From: Thelocarpon superellum
Lineage: Eukaryota
NCBI GenBank assembly: GCA_026025795.1
Contig: JAPEUG010000091.1
Span: 1 to 50,891, forward strand
Length of the DNA stretch: 50,891 nucleotides
Direction: 5' to 3'
Made by a program: the position numbers and the translations under genes. Below are positions 11,049 through 23,400 of this stretch, one piece after another. Positions within the stretch are counted from its first letter, which is position 1, and every line of letters starts with the position of its first letter. Below the pieces are notes generated by a model, which saw only the letters and a list, made by a program, of their open reading frames with translations, searched no databases and had not been told where the DNA came from.

Positions 11049-12862
11049 TCATGAAATCTCCGTCTCACGCCATCTAGGCCCGAAGCGTCGCAGGGCGACG
11101 ATGGTACCTACGCCACTGACGAGCGCCCAGAGCCCGAGAATCGTGAAGAGCCAGCCGTTTCCGAGCACCTGGTGCCTCTCACTTCCACTTCCACCACTCC
11201 CACCGTCGATAAGAGGCGCAGTGACGATCCCGCCGACGGCCGAGAAAATGTTGCGCACGAAATTATTCAGCGCGACGCCGGATGAGGATTTGCGCGGGGG
11301 CATGAATTCCGTCAGCATCGTCGTCGACGTGCCGAAGATGATCATGCTGCCGATTCCAAAAAAGAAGTTGGCTGTCATCTGGGGGAGAGATACGTGCGTT
11401 AGGGAAGAAATTCACTTGAGAGCGTAGTGGGAGAGAAAACAGAAGAGAGAGGAGAGAGGGGTGGAGCATGGTGGAAATGAAACTTACAGGAACAGCCCAA
11501 ATCACTCTATACTCCACCGCCCAACCATACCATACCAGTGCCACGGGATACATGATCGCGGCCAGCCAGGCATTCTCTCTCATGCGATCCTCCGGTCGGA
11601 AGATCGGTCTCCCTTTCTCGTCGTATCGGCCGGCCGCGCGTGCCTCGCGGTCCATGATGAAGTCCGTCCATCGGCCGCCGAGATAGGATGCGAGGAAGTA
11701 TCCAAGCGAATTGGGAATGTAAAGCAGGCCGATGATGATGGTGGAGAAGTTGTAGGGTGTCTTGGAAAAAGTGTCCTGGATCGACACATTCAACACGTAG
11801 AGAGAGCCAAAGGTGATGCTCGCGTAGTAGACGGTGATCAAGACCGCCGGATGTCGGAGATACAAAATGACTTTGAGCGGGTCGATGAAGATGCGCTTGG
11901 CCACCATGATGCGTTTCTTCGTGACTTCCTGCACCTTCTGCCGCGTCGACGTCCGACTGAGAGTGGCTCCGGACATCGTGGCTTCTCCTGCTGCGCGGGG
12001 CCCAGAAGACATGGCACACGCCTTCAGCGTCTCAGGGAGGTAGAAAACGATGGCCACCCATACAATCACGCCCCATATGGCGAGAAACCATGTGGTGGCT
12101 CGCCAGCCCCATCGTTGTGCCAAGGCACCGCCGATGATCGGCGCCAGTAAAGGTCCGGTGAGTGGACCCAGGTAGAAGATGCCCATGGCCTGACCGCGTT
12201 CTCGGGCTTCCCAGATGTCCGCGATCGTTCCGGCGCCCACCGCTTGGACGGATGCAGCTGATCCTCCAACGAGGATCCGCATGACGATCAACATGCTGAT
12301 GGAACTGCTGACCGCACACACGATGTTGAAGCCGATGAACAAGGCAAAGGAGATCAAGTAGATGCTCCGTCGGCCCTGTGTCTCCGAGAACGATGACCAC
12401 CAGAGGGGGAAGATGGACATGGCCAACATGTACAAGGCGACGGACAGGTTGGTGATGGTTGGAGTGGTGTGCAAATCTCGGGAGAGCTCAGGTAAGGCGG
12501 CTTGATGGGGTCAGTACATGCACGATGAGGAACAGGAGGATCATGCGGCAATCCCACGTACGGAAAAAGATGGCACTTCCCATGGGCGCCGCCGCCGCTG
12601 CCATGGCGATGATGAAGGTAATGAACCATTTGACCCTTCGGCTGTATTGATAGGGATCTGTGACTTCCGGCACAAGACTGAGGCGTCCCAAGAGGCCCCT
12701 TCGCTGGCTGCGAGGAACTTCCGCTGCTTCCACGGCTTTATCCTGGGGAGGCGGGGCTGATGGATCGTGCACCTCGAGATCTGTCAGGGCCACAGCTGCC
12801 GCTGCAGGAACCTGGCCAGGTGCGCCGCAGCCCGAGGCCGTGGCAAGCTCGCCATCTTCCAT
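11049..12862 (-). CDS. MFS drug:H+ antiporter-1 (DHA1; Dtr1/Qdr-like) transporter; spliced
   Basis: Exons 12862-12562, 12500-11488 and 11378-11049. Motifs WSSFSETQGRRSIYL, GAGTIADIWEARERGQAMGIFYLGPLTGPLLAPIIGG, WGWRAT..LPETL, PEDRMRENAW and ALNNFVRNIFS; about 12 hydrophobic segments. Confidence 0.93.
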
Positions 12863-13874
12863 GATGGGACGGAGAAGCGGCGGTTGCTACAAGCTTCTGC
12901 TCTGGAGACGGATGAGATACATGGAGAGGATCAGTCTTTGCATCATGATCGAGTCTGCAATAGACACCGGGACAGAAAATGGGACGCGATGGAGGCTCCA
13001 TCACGTCCAAAACGCAAACCATCCCGACCGGCGGGGCTAGAGATGCCGCGAAAACCGAACCGACGATGCCCTCATCCGTGCGCTGCCACTTAGGCCAATG
13101 GAGAAGGATTAAAACGTTCGTCGTTAGGTAACGATCGGATCGTGCACTGGTCGGCCCGAGGTTTCGCGTTGCGTTGGGTTCAGCATGGAGCCGGCTGGTG
13201 TCCGTGTGGCGCCGTAGGGAGCCCTACCCGAGAGCGCCATTCGAGGCGTTGGGGGCCGTTGCCGACCGATGGCGTCGTTGATGGCACTAACGTCGGATGC
13301 GTCTCGGGTAACCGTACCGATGGCACTTGCCGGTATGAACCAGCTGACCTGCAAGTAGAGCAGCCCGATTTTGCAGTATTTCTTGGCCTATAGTCTGCAT
13401 CGGTACGTAGGCCCATCAGGCGTTCTCAGCTGCTCCTGTCACGTGAGTGATGCGCTAGCATCCGGTCCACCCCACCGACGGTCGAGACCCCGTCGGTGGC
13501 TGAGTGACGACAAGATCCGGGATGTGGAGAGCTCATGCCGCTCTGCATGCATCGCTCCCTCGTCGGAATGGATGTCAGGCGAGTTCCCTCCTTCACAGCA
13601 GGACACAGCAAAAACTTGGAGTTGTCGCAAAGCCCTTGGACCTTTTTGCAGTCCGAGATGATGGCGTTCAGTCTCTCATCCTTCTTTCACGCCAGAAATA
13701 TCCATTCAGAAAATGACGAGTGGTGCTTTTCCCATCCATTGCAGTCACGAATCCTGTTCTCGCTGTGACTCGGGAATAAATCGGACTTTCCCCTGCATGC
13801 ATACAGCGGCTATCGCTACGTGATGCGGCTCTGAGGCCTCGAATGATGCTCGATCAAGAGCTCTCCCTGAACTC

Positions 13875-16299
13875 ATGAGATTCCTCCTTGTGTCCCCCAT
13901 CTCTGGTCGGCTTTCACAACACGAGACTTTCTGCGCGTTGTCGGCGAGCGACAGTCACGCTAGGAACCACACAAACCCACTTTCACTGCGCCTAAGAGCA
14001 GTGGCTTCCGAGAACCGGCTCACACCGTGAGCCCCCTTCGACCGGACCAGAGCCGCAGCAATCAGCCGCCGGTTGGTGTTTCAAAAGCCTTATCATAACT
14101 GGCATGATGGATTTGTTTTTCACGAGAACCTGAGTATGCGCGTCTAACTATGAAGACCCAAAGGACCCCATGGTGGAGATCAGCATGGCCCCCGACGGCT
14201 GGCAAGCGGAGAAGTAACCCAAACGTCCGTCTCTATGGCGCAATGAAGGGGCACGCGACTCAACGACTTGAAAGGCCAGACATCGATGACACGGGAGGAG
14301 TTGTGGTAAAATTTTACTGAGATCTGTAGCCTGGAAAGATCGACCTCATGGGCATACGGTGCAGACTCATGGATCGTGTCAAAAATGATTTCTCTACCCG
14401 ACGATTTCCAAATGTGGATGGAGCATGACAAGGCCTGGCAGCAGCACGAGACGCATCTCACTGATGGACCCGCGCGCTACCCGGTGAAGAAATCGCGATA
14501 TTGGCTGGATTTCCAAGATCATGGCTCAAGGAAACCACTGAAGATTGGGATGGATAAAACTGACTGCAAGACCTACAGGGGCTTCCGTGAAGATCGAACT
14601 CCCGCCGGCGGAGTGGAAAATCCACCCGCAACAGCAATTGACTCTTCGTTTCAAGGCCACAGCTTTGGCGACACGGTAGTGTTAGATGAACCGCCGCCGA
14701 TAGCGATGACGATGATTGGATGGGCTCACGAGCTTGCCTCCTCGGTTGTGGACACCGATGCGAAATCGGTTCCCGCTATCTCGCAAATTCCAGATGCTGC
14801 AGGTGTGCTTGGTGTTGCCGCGGCCTTCGTGTCTATCCTCTTCATCATCTTTGATTTCACGCACGGCGATCCCGTGGGGGGAGCCTGGGGTATCGCCGGG
14901 CTAGCGGCTGCGGTGCTCCCTGCCTTCTTCGGCGGCGGAGCCTTCCTGATAGCCACGGAAGTCCCGATCCTGAAGCTGTTTGTCATTCTATCAAGCGTCA
15001 TCTCGCCGTTAGGGAATCTCCCGACACTTCATAATACCAGAGAAATCGTCCAAAGTGCAATGTTTGGTGATGCCATCCTCTCGGGTAACGAGAATGTCGC
15101 GGAGGAGTCAACGGGCAGCCAGGCGATCCGAACTGCGTCGTCTTTGTACGGGCCCGGGACCATAGCTCGCAGCTTGAAGTGGGGCAACTTCCAGGCCGTT
15201 ACCTTTCTGCTCGACCAAAACGATGGACATTCCATGAAGATCCCCGAAATCGCCGCCGCCTTTCAGATCACCAAGCCCGCCATCGCTAGCGGAAGCTCGG
15301 AAGCGACCGCCACCATACACTGCGAACCAGAATGTACCCGATGGGGCTGCTAGACTATCCGGGCGAAGCACTGCCTCCGGCTCACTTCTGCTCTTGACGA
15401 GAGTAAGATCATGCTCCAGACCCTGAATGAGACAGCCGCTCAGGTCCGGGATCGGATCATTCCTGCGCCGGGCGGAGACTGTCAGTTGGTCAGTGGCGTG
15501 AGCGGGACTGAGTACTCCAATTACAAGTTGACCCTCCATGACGTCCCGGCTGCCATCGCGTGCAATATGAATGCCTCGATGGACATTGAGGGCACCGCGA
15601 TTTCACAACGATACATCAGCAGCCAATCTCCGGCCCTGGCGGCCAATGGGTCGTCCTCGACCGATGGCGTTGTCCACCAGATTGCAGTTTCGCCGGCCGT
15701 GGGATTCGCCGAGGTTCTCAATGCTACCAACTCCCTGTCTCGACGGCGAAGGTGGCAAGATCTGCCTTCTCACTGGGAGCTACGCCGCACGGAGCGGAAG
15801 CCGAGATTTCGACGGCAGCAAAGTGACTTCGCTCACGCTGCCTGCCGGCGCCTCTCTCACCATCACGCCCACCATCTTCGGGGCCGGACGCGTCGTCGAC
15901 AAAGACTACGTCTAAACCATCAACCAGACCGCTGACGATGCAGGTTTCGGCAACCGCATCAACTTTGAGGGAAAAAGGCCCGTCAGCTTAACGTGTCGGT
16001 GCCGTACATAGCACCCGCCTCTTGTAGCGTGTTTATTCACTGCGCCACAGTTTCAAGGTGACGTGCAATGCTACGGGCCGGGTGGCGGCAACGTCAGCGT
16101 CTAGATGATGGACCGGGCCGGGTTCATCTCCATCCACGGCGACGCTTCCGCGTGGATTTACGGCCAGTACTAGGGCGACGCGGCATCGCAAGACGCCACT
16201 GCGTCGACTCTAGACCTGAAGGATGAGTTTGATGGTGTGAAGGAGCGCTTTGATAACAAGATCAAGGCACGCCTGCTTACCGGGCCCTCGTCATCCTGA
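13875..16299 (+). pseudogene. Decayed gene for a probable secreted protein with a central hydrophobic helical region and a C-terminal beta/gamma-crystallin-like domain
   Basis: ORF 14376-15353 continues in the same frame past TAG 15351 into 15411 onward and shifts frame near 15735. It then runs to TGA 16297 through stops at 15913, 16009, 16102 and 16171, reading ACLFTAPQFQGDVQCYGPGGGNV..ISIHGDASAWIYGQY*GD. The 5' limit (ATG 13875, MRFLLVS) is a guess. Confidence 0.65.
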
Positions 16300-16977
16300 C
16301 GAACGCATATATGCACCGATTGGAGCGTTTCGGGACGCATGGGCATGTTTCACAACAGGCGAGACGGCGCTCGCTTCTTCGCGGGCGGGTTGGATATCGT
16401 TTTGATGATCTGCGACTCCATTCGTGGATGTCCTCCAAGCCAGGTGGAGTCCAGAGATGGCGGACGCCAGGATCGCCTTACCGTGGAAGAATTAGTCTCC
16501 GTCTTCGTATACCAATCAGAGACCTCATCTCACTTACCACAAATACCTCTACCAAGACCGGAGACGGCGATGTCTCTCAGTTCGATTCGTCATCAAGATG
16601 AATGATGACGTTGGCTTGCGCAGGTACGAGAAGATCGGCGGGGCACAGACGGACCAATCAGAGCGCGTACAGCTGACGTCACTAGCCCCTATTCCATCCC
16701 AGTGTCGACCAAAACAATCCATGTGATTGCAGGGGCAGAAGGGTGGGTTCGCGGGTCGAGCGGTGTTAGTCTGAACAGGAATAATTTGTAAAGGTGCGGC
16801 GAAAGCACCGGTGGCGACACATTTCAGTGTCGACCACCAAAACGTGACTAAGTAGCTATATACCGGGTATAGTAATATCTAGTAGAAGTAGAAATATGGG
16901 TAAACTTTTGCCCAGTTGTGGAAAAATCCGCCCCCGTCCCAATCCCAACTCCAAACCACATGCGCCGGAAACCGAAT

Positions 16978-18872
16978 CTATACTTTTATGGACATGACCA
17001 AACGACGTGAGAGTGGTGTCGTTCGACCGGAGATGAAGCTGCCCGCGGGACTGCGCGAGAAGGAACGAGCGGGGCTTCGGCTGGCACCTCGCTTGCTGTC
17101 GGCTGAGATGGTCGAGGTGGGGCTTTGTCGGCCGCTCGCAAGGCTGGCGGGGCTCGTTCGCCCACTCAGACTCGCTTGACTGGCCTCTTCCAACTCTTGC
17201 ACTTGTGCCACTTTCCACGCCCGTAGCAGCCACATGCACACCGCTGCGCACACGTACATGCACCCGGCGAAGATCTTGACGGAGAAGAAATTGCCGCCCG
17301 TGACCTGGCGAAGTTCGAGGGCGAAAGGCTCGGCAACTGCACACAGCACAAGGTCAGCCAAATGAACGAGCGGGCCGCGTTCGTGATGTCACCCACAGGT
17401 CGTCGGAAGGACGATGGCCAGCCACACTATGGAAAGGCCAGACGAGAGATCCTTCAGCTCTAGCACCTCGGAAACGACCGGTCCCACCGCCTAAAAGAAA
17501 GTCAGTTTGGGACGGCTCGAAGTGATGGTGCGGGGATCACGAACGGCCCAGAATACCCCGCAGATCGTTCCCACCACCAGTGCGAAGGCGATAAGGATTT
17601 CGAAGGAGCTGGCGAAAATCCACATGCCGAAGCAGACTACCGCACACGCCATCGTGGTGAAGCCGGCGATGTTGAGTCGGCCGGCGGAGTCGCTGAAGTA
17701 GCCAACCACGGGTCGTCCGATGCCTTGGCCTGTGGCTCACGGTCAGCCGCCACACCAGCGCACGTCCCGTCCGGCGCGGGTTCTTACTCAGATTCAGCAG
17801 GGCCCCAATGATCGAGCCTTGCTGCGCGGTCAAGCCGATGCTTCTTGCGTAGTCGGGCAGAGAGAAGAGCAGGACGATGTATCCCAGCATGCTGAAGACA
17901 CTCCATCCGAGCACCAGCCAGAACTCCGGCTTAGCCAGCAGTCGGTAATCGAAGGCGCGCACCGTCGTCCCGATATGCTCATTCCGGTCCTTGATCAGCA
18001 GGGCGCAGACGCTGTTCACCACCAACTGGACCAAGGCCAAGATGCGGAAGGTCCACGCGAGCCCCAATGTCGTAATCATGGCGCCAGCCGCAAGACTGTA
18101 TACCAAACCTGACCGGACCTTGTTCAACCAGAGTTCCTGAATAGGCGCGCAGGAGGAGGCTTACCGCCAAAGCCAGACCCGGCATTGCCGATGCCATTGG
18201 CCAGGCTGCGTCGCTCGTGAAACCACTGAGAGATGATGCCGGCGGAGCCCACATGCTGGAAGCCGATGCCCCAGCCCAAGCAGAGGCCCTGGGTCAAGAA
18301 CAGATGCCATTTCTCCGTGGCAAAACTTGCGCCGAACAATGCGAGAGTCTCAAAAAACACCCCGACGAACAGCGTGGTCCGCGTGCCCCATAACCGGGTG
18401 ATGGTGTTGGCAACGGGTGAGACCATAAGACATTGACTGTAAGAAAGACCACCAATGAAGGCATAATCCAGGTATGTGGCTCCGGCAAAGGTGTTGTTGC
18501 TCAGATAGTAGGCCAAAAACACCCCGTAGGACTGCGAGCGCAGAGCCAGCGTTAGTCGACCGCTGCGGTGACACGAGACTCGGCATCCACGTGCGCGGTT
18601 ACACCGGACCGGACTCGGGGAGGAAGGGCTGCACGCACGCTATTGATGCCCCACGAATGGGCGTCGATGAGGAAGCAGCAGGCCACGCACACCCACCCGT
18701 AGCCTCCATCGGGGGACGATGATGGCTCGGCGTCGAGGGACAGGACGGACTTCTCTTCGTCGTCGTATGCAAGGTCCTTGGACTTCTCGGACAAGACCAA
18801 GGAGAGTGGCGGGGACGGGGACCGGACCTGGCCGGGCGTGGCCACGGGGAGGGGCTTGGTGGGGAGATGCAT
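16978..18872 (-). CDS. MFS monocarboxylate-transporter homologue (Mch/MCT family); six exons
   Basis: PDGGYGWVCVACCFLIDAHSWGINS|SYGVFLAYYL, SQWFHERRSLANGIGNAGSGFGG|LVYSLA, SMLGYIVLLFSLPDYARSIGL, GRPVVGYFSDSAGRLN and AEPFALELR. The introns join in frame (18638-18532, 18164-18109 and three more, the last with a GTGGGT donor at 17396). Confidence 0.92.
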
Positions 18873-20396
18873 CTTTCCGAGCTGCAGCAAAGCACACACA
18901 GCTCACAAGACAGGCACGCGAAAGCTGTCTTATTGGTCTAAGCTATGTGAAGATGGCTACCTCGACAGGATCCGCGAGGGTGCCTGGCGGAGGACTGGCC
19001 GATATTTACATTGACGCCGTACCCAGCTCGGTAGCCTCCCATGTGCGCGGCGGTACCGGCCCCCAGTCTTGTCAAAGCGCGAACATCGTGCATGAACCCA
19101 AAGCACGCAACGCGCTGTTCCCGGCCAGGTGGATCAGGCGCGACGCTGGTGGTTTGATAATCCCAGAAATTGGATGGAGTTATACTGGATCGCCGGCTAA
19201 CGGCCAGGGTGGGTGGCATAGCCGGGAGTTGGGGGCACGCTCACGACGGCGCATAAGCGTCATGACGTCTGTGAGCTAGTGCAAACTCTCGAGGGGCACC
19301 GAAGCCGAAAGGAGGGCCAGCGTGGCCACTGGGCCCAGCACGATAGCCTTTCGCTTGCCTGATGCCAGGCGCCATCGGTCTCGGAGCGACAGGTTCGTGT
19401 ACCCCCCAGGTCGCATGAACAATGTTCATCAGATGCATCGCCCGTCCGATGCGCTGCCGGATGAGCACGTTGTCGCCCGGGCAGCACGCTCTCGTCATGC
19501 CCCCCCCCCCTCTCGGGCCCCTCGCGGTCAAAAGCCCACTTTCGGCCGCCCGCCACGCTGATCCGGTCCGGTGTCACTTCCGGCCTCGCCAGGCCCGTCC
19601 ATGCTGCCCCGGCTCTCCATGTGCGGACGGCGTGCGGCGTGCGGGTCCAGTAAACGCGGCCAACGTGGCTCGCTAGCCGTAACGTCATGCATCGAGGGCG
19701 CCCGGCGAGTTGACGAGGCGGGCGCCCGCCACCCCTCCACCCCTACCGCCCGCCGGACCGCTGCCGGGCCGCCGACCGGGTCTCGAACAAAGACGAATCA
19801 TGGCCGTGACTGGCCCAAAATAGCCGGCGTCGCTCACCGTATGTCGGTAGCGAACTCAAATCAAGCTACCCAGCCTCCGCGCGCTTCCCCCAAGCCGGAT
19901 GGCCCGCCGTCACGCCGACCGCCGGCGCCCGGTCTTATCTACCGAGGTGGTACTGGGGACGTGGTCGCGACAGGTCGCCGTCGCCCACGGTCATCCCCAC
20001 TGTGGCGGTTGAGCCGTCTCTCTAGCTGCCGGAGGCCGGCTCCGACCCACGAAAGCCTATCGATACACCACCCTCCTCATTCTGATCGCATGAAGGGATT
20101 GGATGCCCGCTCATCTATGCTTCGCTAGTCGCCCACGCATGGGGGGTGGTGGATGGTGGGTGGTGGGTGGTGGGTGGAGGGTGAGTGGGGCTCGCGTGCC
20201 GGCCTGCTGTCGCGTGGAGATGCTGCCATGGGCGTTTGTTTGGTCCACGAGCGCCAACGCCTCGCAACCGCCAGGCCCGGAAATTGGGCGACCCTGCATC
20301 GCACACCGCGCCTCCAGCAGCAGTTCGGCCGTCCTGCCTCGATGCGCAACCTCCCGGCGAGCTCGGGGGAAGTGGTAAAAGGTAGAAGGTGAAAGG

Positions 20397-20440
20397 AGCG
20401 GCGTAGCGGCGCAGCGGTGCAGCGGCGCAGCGGCGCAGCG
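20397..20440 (+). repeat. 8-bp tandem repeat (GCAGCGGC-like, about 5 copies)
   Basis: Seen directly in the intergenic sequence. Confidence 0.85.
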
Positions 20441-23400
20441 ATGGAAGTAGTCAAGATGTACCGTGCAGGTGCGATCTTCAGCCCGACCGAGAGGAGTTTG
20501 GCGAGTCGGCTAGAGTGCCCACCACCCTCCACTCTCGGCGCCATGGGTTGCTCGTGTTTGATGTCAAATGGTCATGCATCATGGACTCGCGTGTGCTCAG
20601 ACCGCCGTGTTCCAGGTTGATCTCGCGCTCTCACCACGTGCGAGATGCGACAGGCCCCCAACAGGCCTGCCAACGGCCTCGAATGAGGCCAGGATGGATC
20701 CGCGACTGCCCCTGCGTGTCCACATCTCCCGAATCGCTGGTACCGGGCGTCGGCATGGACCACCTCCAAGCAAATGCCACGCGGCGAATCCTTCGGCTCT
20801 CGGTCGTCTAGCCGTATGGTCCCCAAGCGGTCACGCTAAGCCGCAGCTGCCCCATCCACGCAAACGCCCATGGCATTCGGCATCCCACCTCGAATCCAGG
20901 CTTCGGGTCCGCCCTCGGTTCTCGGCAGGTCCAGGACCGGCTCGTCATCCACAATCTCTTACGTGGAGGGTGTCTCGACCCACCGCTACATCGTATGCCG
21001 CGCACGCCGGTCCTCCTCGGCAAGCCACGATTTGGTTCACGATGGAGGCTGGTGGAGAGTGGAGCCACGGTTCGCAGTTTGCGGTTCGCGGTTCGCGGCT
21101 CGTCACTCGCATCTCGAGGCCCCTTCCGGCATGCCGTGAACGAGCCTAATGCTGGACAACGGCGGTCGATCCAGCCACCCATGGTTCCCGTCATTTCGGC
21201 AATAAGGAAGGTGGGCGTGCGTGCGAAGCGCCGCATACGCTCATTCCGACGGGATTATTGCCTTTCACGCTTCTTAGGCACAGAGTTAACGTACACGTGT
21301 GCAGGTCGGACCAGCCATCCATCACCCATGTGGCTAGCAAAACAATAGTATTGTGCCTCTTCGGTTTGCATCCCGGCAAACCACGCGATGCACGCTCTTT
21401 CTGACTTTCTCACCGCGTGACCGTTGCCCCCTCCGGGCCTGCAGGCTATTCCGACCGTCGAACTCTAAGTTGCACACTCGAGCATCAGGAGATTTGTGGG
21501 CATTGACTCGAAAGCGCTCATCTTGTCCCGCTCGCGATGGCGGTGGTGGTGATGTCGCTCGGACGACTCGATCACCCTTGTCCCCCAAAATAGAACCACG
21601 CTGCAGGTGATTGTGGCAATTTGATTAAGGGGACAATGGTGCCGGATGTGATGTGACGCCGAATGGTCGAGAAGCAATGAAGATCGACGACGGGTCGATC
21701 AGCGGGAGTATCCCTGAGGCTAAGGCGAAAGTGACAGGGAGCAGGGTCGACACGCTGTGGCGGGGAGATCACGAATAGAGCACGGGAAGGAAGTCGGCAA
21801 GCAGGGGCGACGCGAGTCCCGAGCCCTTCCACTCTCACCCGATGACGCGAAAGGACTTGTCAGCATGCCTCGGACATGTCTCATGTAATGCAGAGCGGGG
21901 CGAAGATGCGCAAGTATGCAAAGGGACGCAAATAGGATCGCAAATTATGGATCGACAGGCAGATCAGGCAGATCACGTTTCTGCAAGTTTCACGTTAAGT
22001 GAGCCTCTCGCCTAAGTCACTCCCCTACTTCTCGCGTATGGCCGAGCGACCTCCGCCTCTGGTCCGCGTAGCGAGTGAGGGAACTCTCGCTTGAGTTACC
22101 ATGGGTGGCGGTCGCCTGGCGGGTGGCTGGCCAGTGCAGCGGAACAAGCGACATCGGCCCGCGGGTTGCGCCTGATCTTGCGCCTTGGTTGCTCGACTAC
22201 CGTGCGAGCACGCCTGCGCCGCCGCCTCCGTGATCGACGCCGTCGTCCCCCTTCGTTCGCTCGCCTGCCTCTTCGCCAAGCCCTGCCATGCTCTCGCCAC
22301 GCCATGCTTTTCGCTCGCGCTGGCGCTCGTCATGCTCTCGCTCGCGTCCGACCACACGCAACATGCACCTGCGAAACTGCGCCGACCGATGGATCATCGG
22401 CCAACTTGCCATTCCTGCGATGGAACGTGCGCGGATGGAACCACCCCTTGTGCATGGTTGCCAGATGAAGGATGCAGCAGTACGGAGGAGGTTACGGATG
22501 TGCAGCACGGAGTCGACACTACAATCCCGCTACCGTTACCATTACGAATACTTGGACGCTGCATGAGCGCACCAACGCCACCAGACCTGTGCTCGTATAC
22601 GCGCCGCGCTCGCATCGCTCCATCCTGACCTCATCATCTCATCATCAGCCGGATACGACGACGCGGTCGAATGATGACCTTGCCACGGACGGGTTGTGTT
22701 GGTGGGGCTGCGAAGTGGTGTGTGGGGGAAGCGGCGGTGCGGAGCGGGCGCGGCCGGCGAGAGAAGAGGGTCTCGGATGCAAACGTGCGAGAGATGTTGA
22801 AGTGGCGGGCGTGTGCAGGCGCACCGGCAGACGGACATGTTTGCGCGCGTGCTCAACTCAGCCGGCGGGGCGCCATCACCAAAAGTCCCGCAAGATTCGA
22901 TGGGTGTCGGCCAAGCCGGAAAGGACTTCCGTAGTCAGCCTCGGCGCCAGCCAGCCAATCCGGGAAGCACCCGAGGCCGCGGGAGGCGGGGCTGGGGGCG
23001 TCGCTCAGGTGGGGTCTGGACGGCGCTCGTATCGGTTGGCTGATGTTTGGCTGGTTGGTTGGTCGGTGGGATGGTGGGTGGCATGGAGAACTCCGTGTGA
23101 CATCCGTACCCAACCACATTGTGCTTCCGCGGATGACGTGGAGCCATGTTCATCCCGGTAGCGATGGTCCGCATCGCGTCCGTTGGTTGGTGCAAGGTGA
23201 GTGGCCGGACGGTTGCGATACCTATTGCAGTAGTCGCCGCCCGACGAATACGATAGTCCCGATAGATAGATCTCGACGGTTAGACCGCGCCGTCTAGGGA
23301 GCGCCACCGCCGCTTGTTGACTTCGCAACTGTTGAACTCCACCCACCTAGCTACGCGCCCAAGACCCTAAGCGAATGGCTTTGGGGTAGTGGATGGTGGC

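Noticed and set aside
14176..14195. GAGATCAGCATGGCCCC resembles the U6 snRNA core
   Set aside because: No ACAGAGA box upstream and no matching ISL or 3' continuation.
15351..16173. Several in-frame TAG stops suggesting A-to-I editing or readthrough rescue
   Set aside because: A TAA stop and frameshifts are also present, so ordinary pseudogenisation is the simpler explanation.
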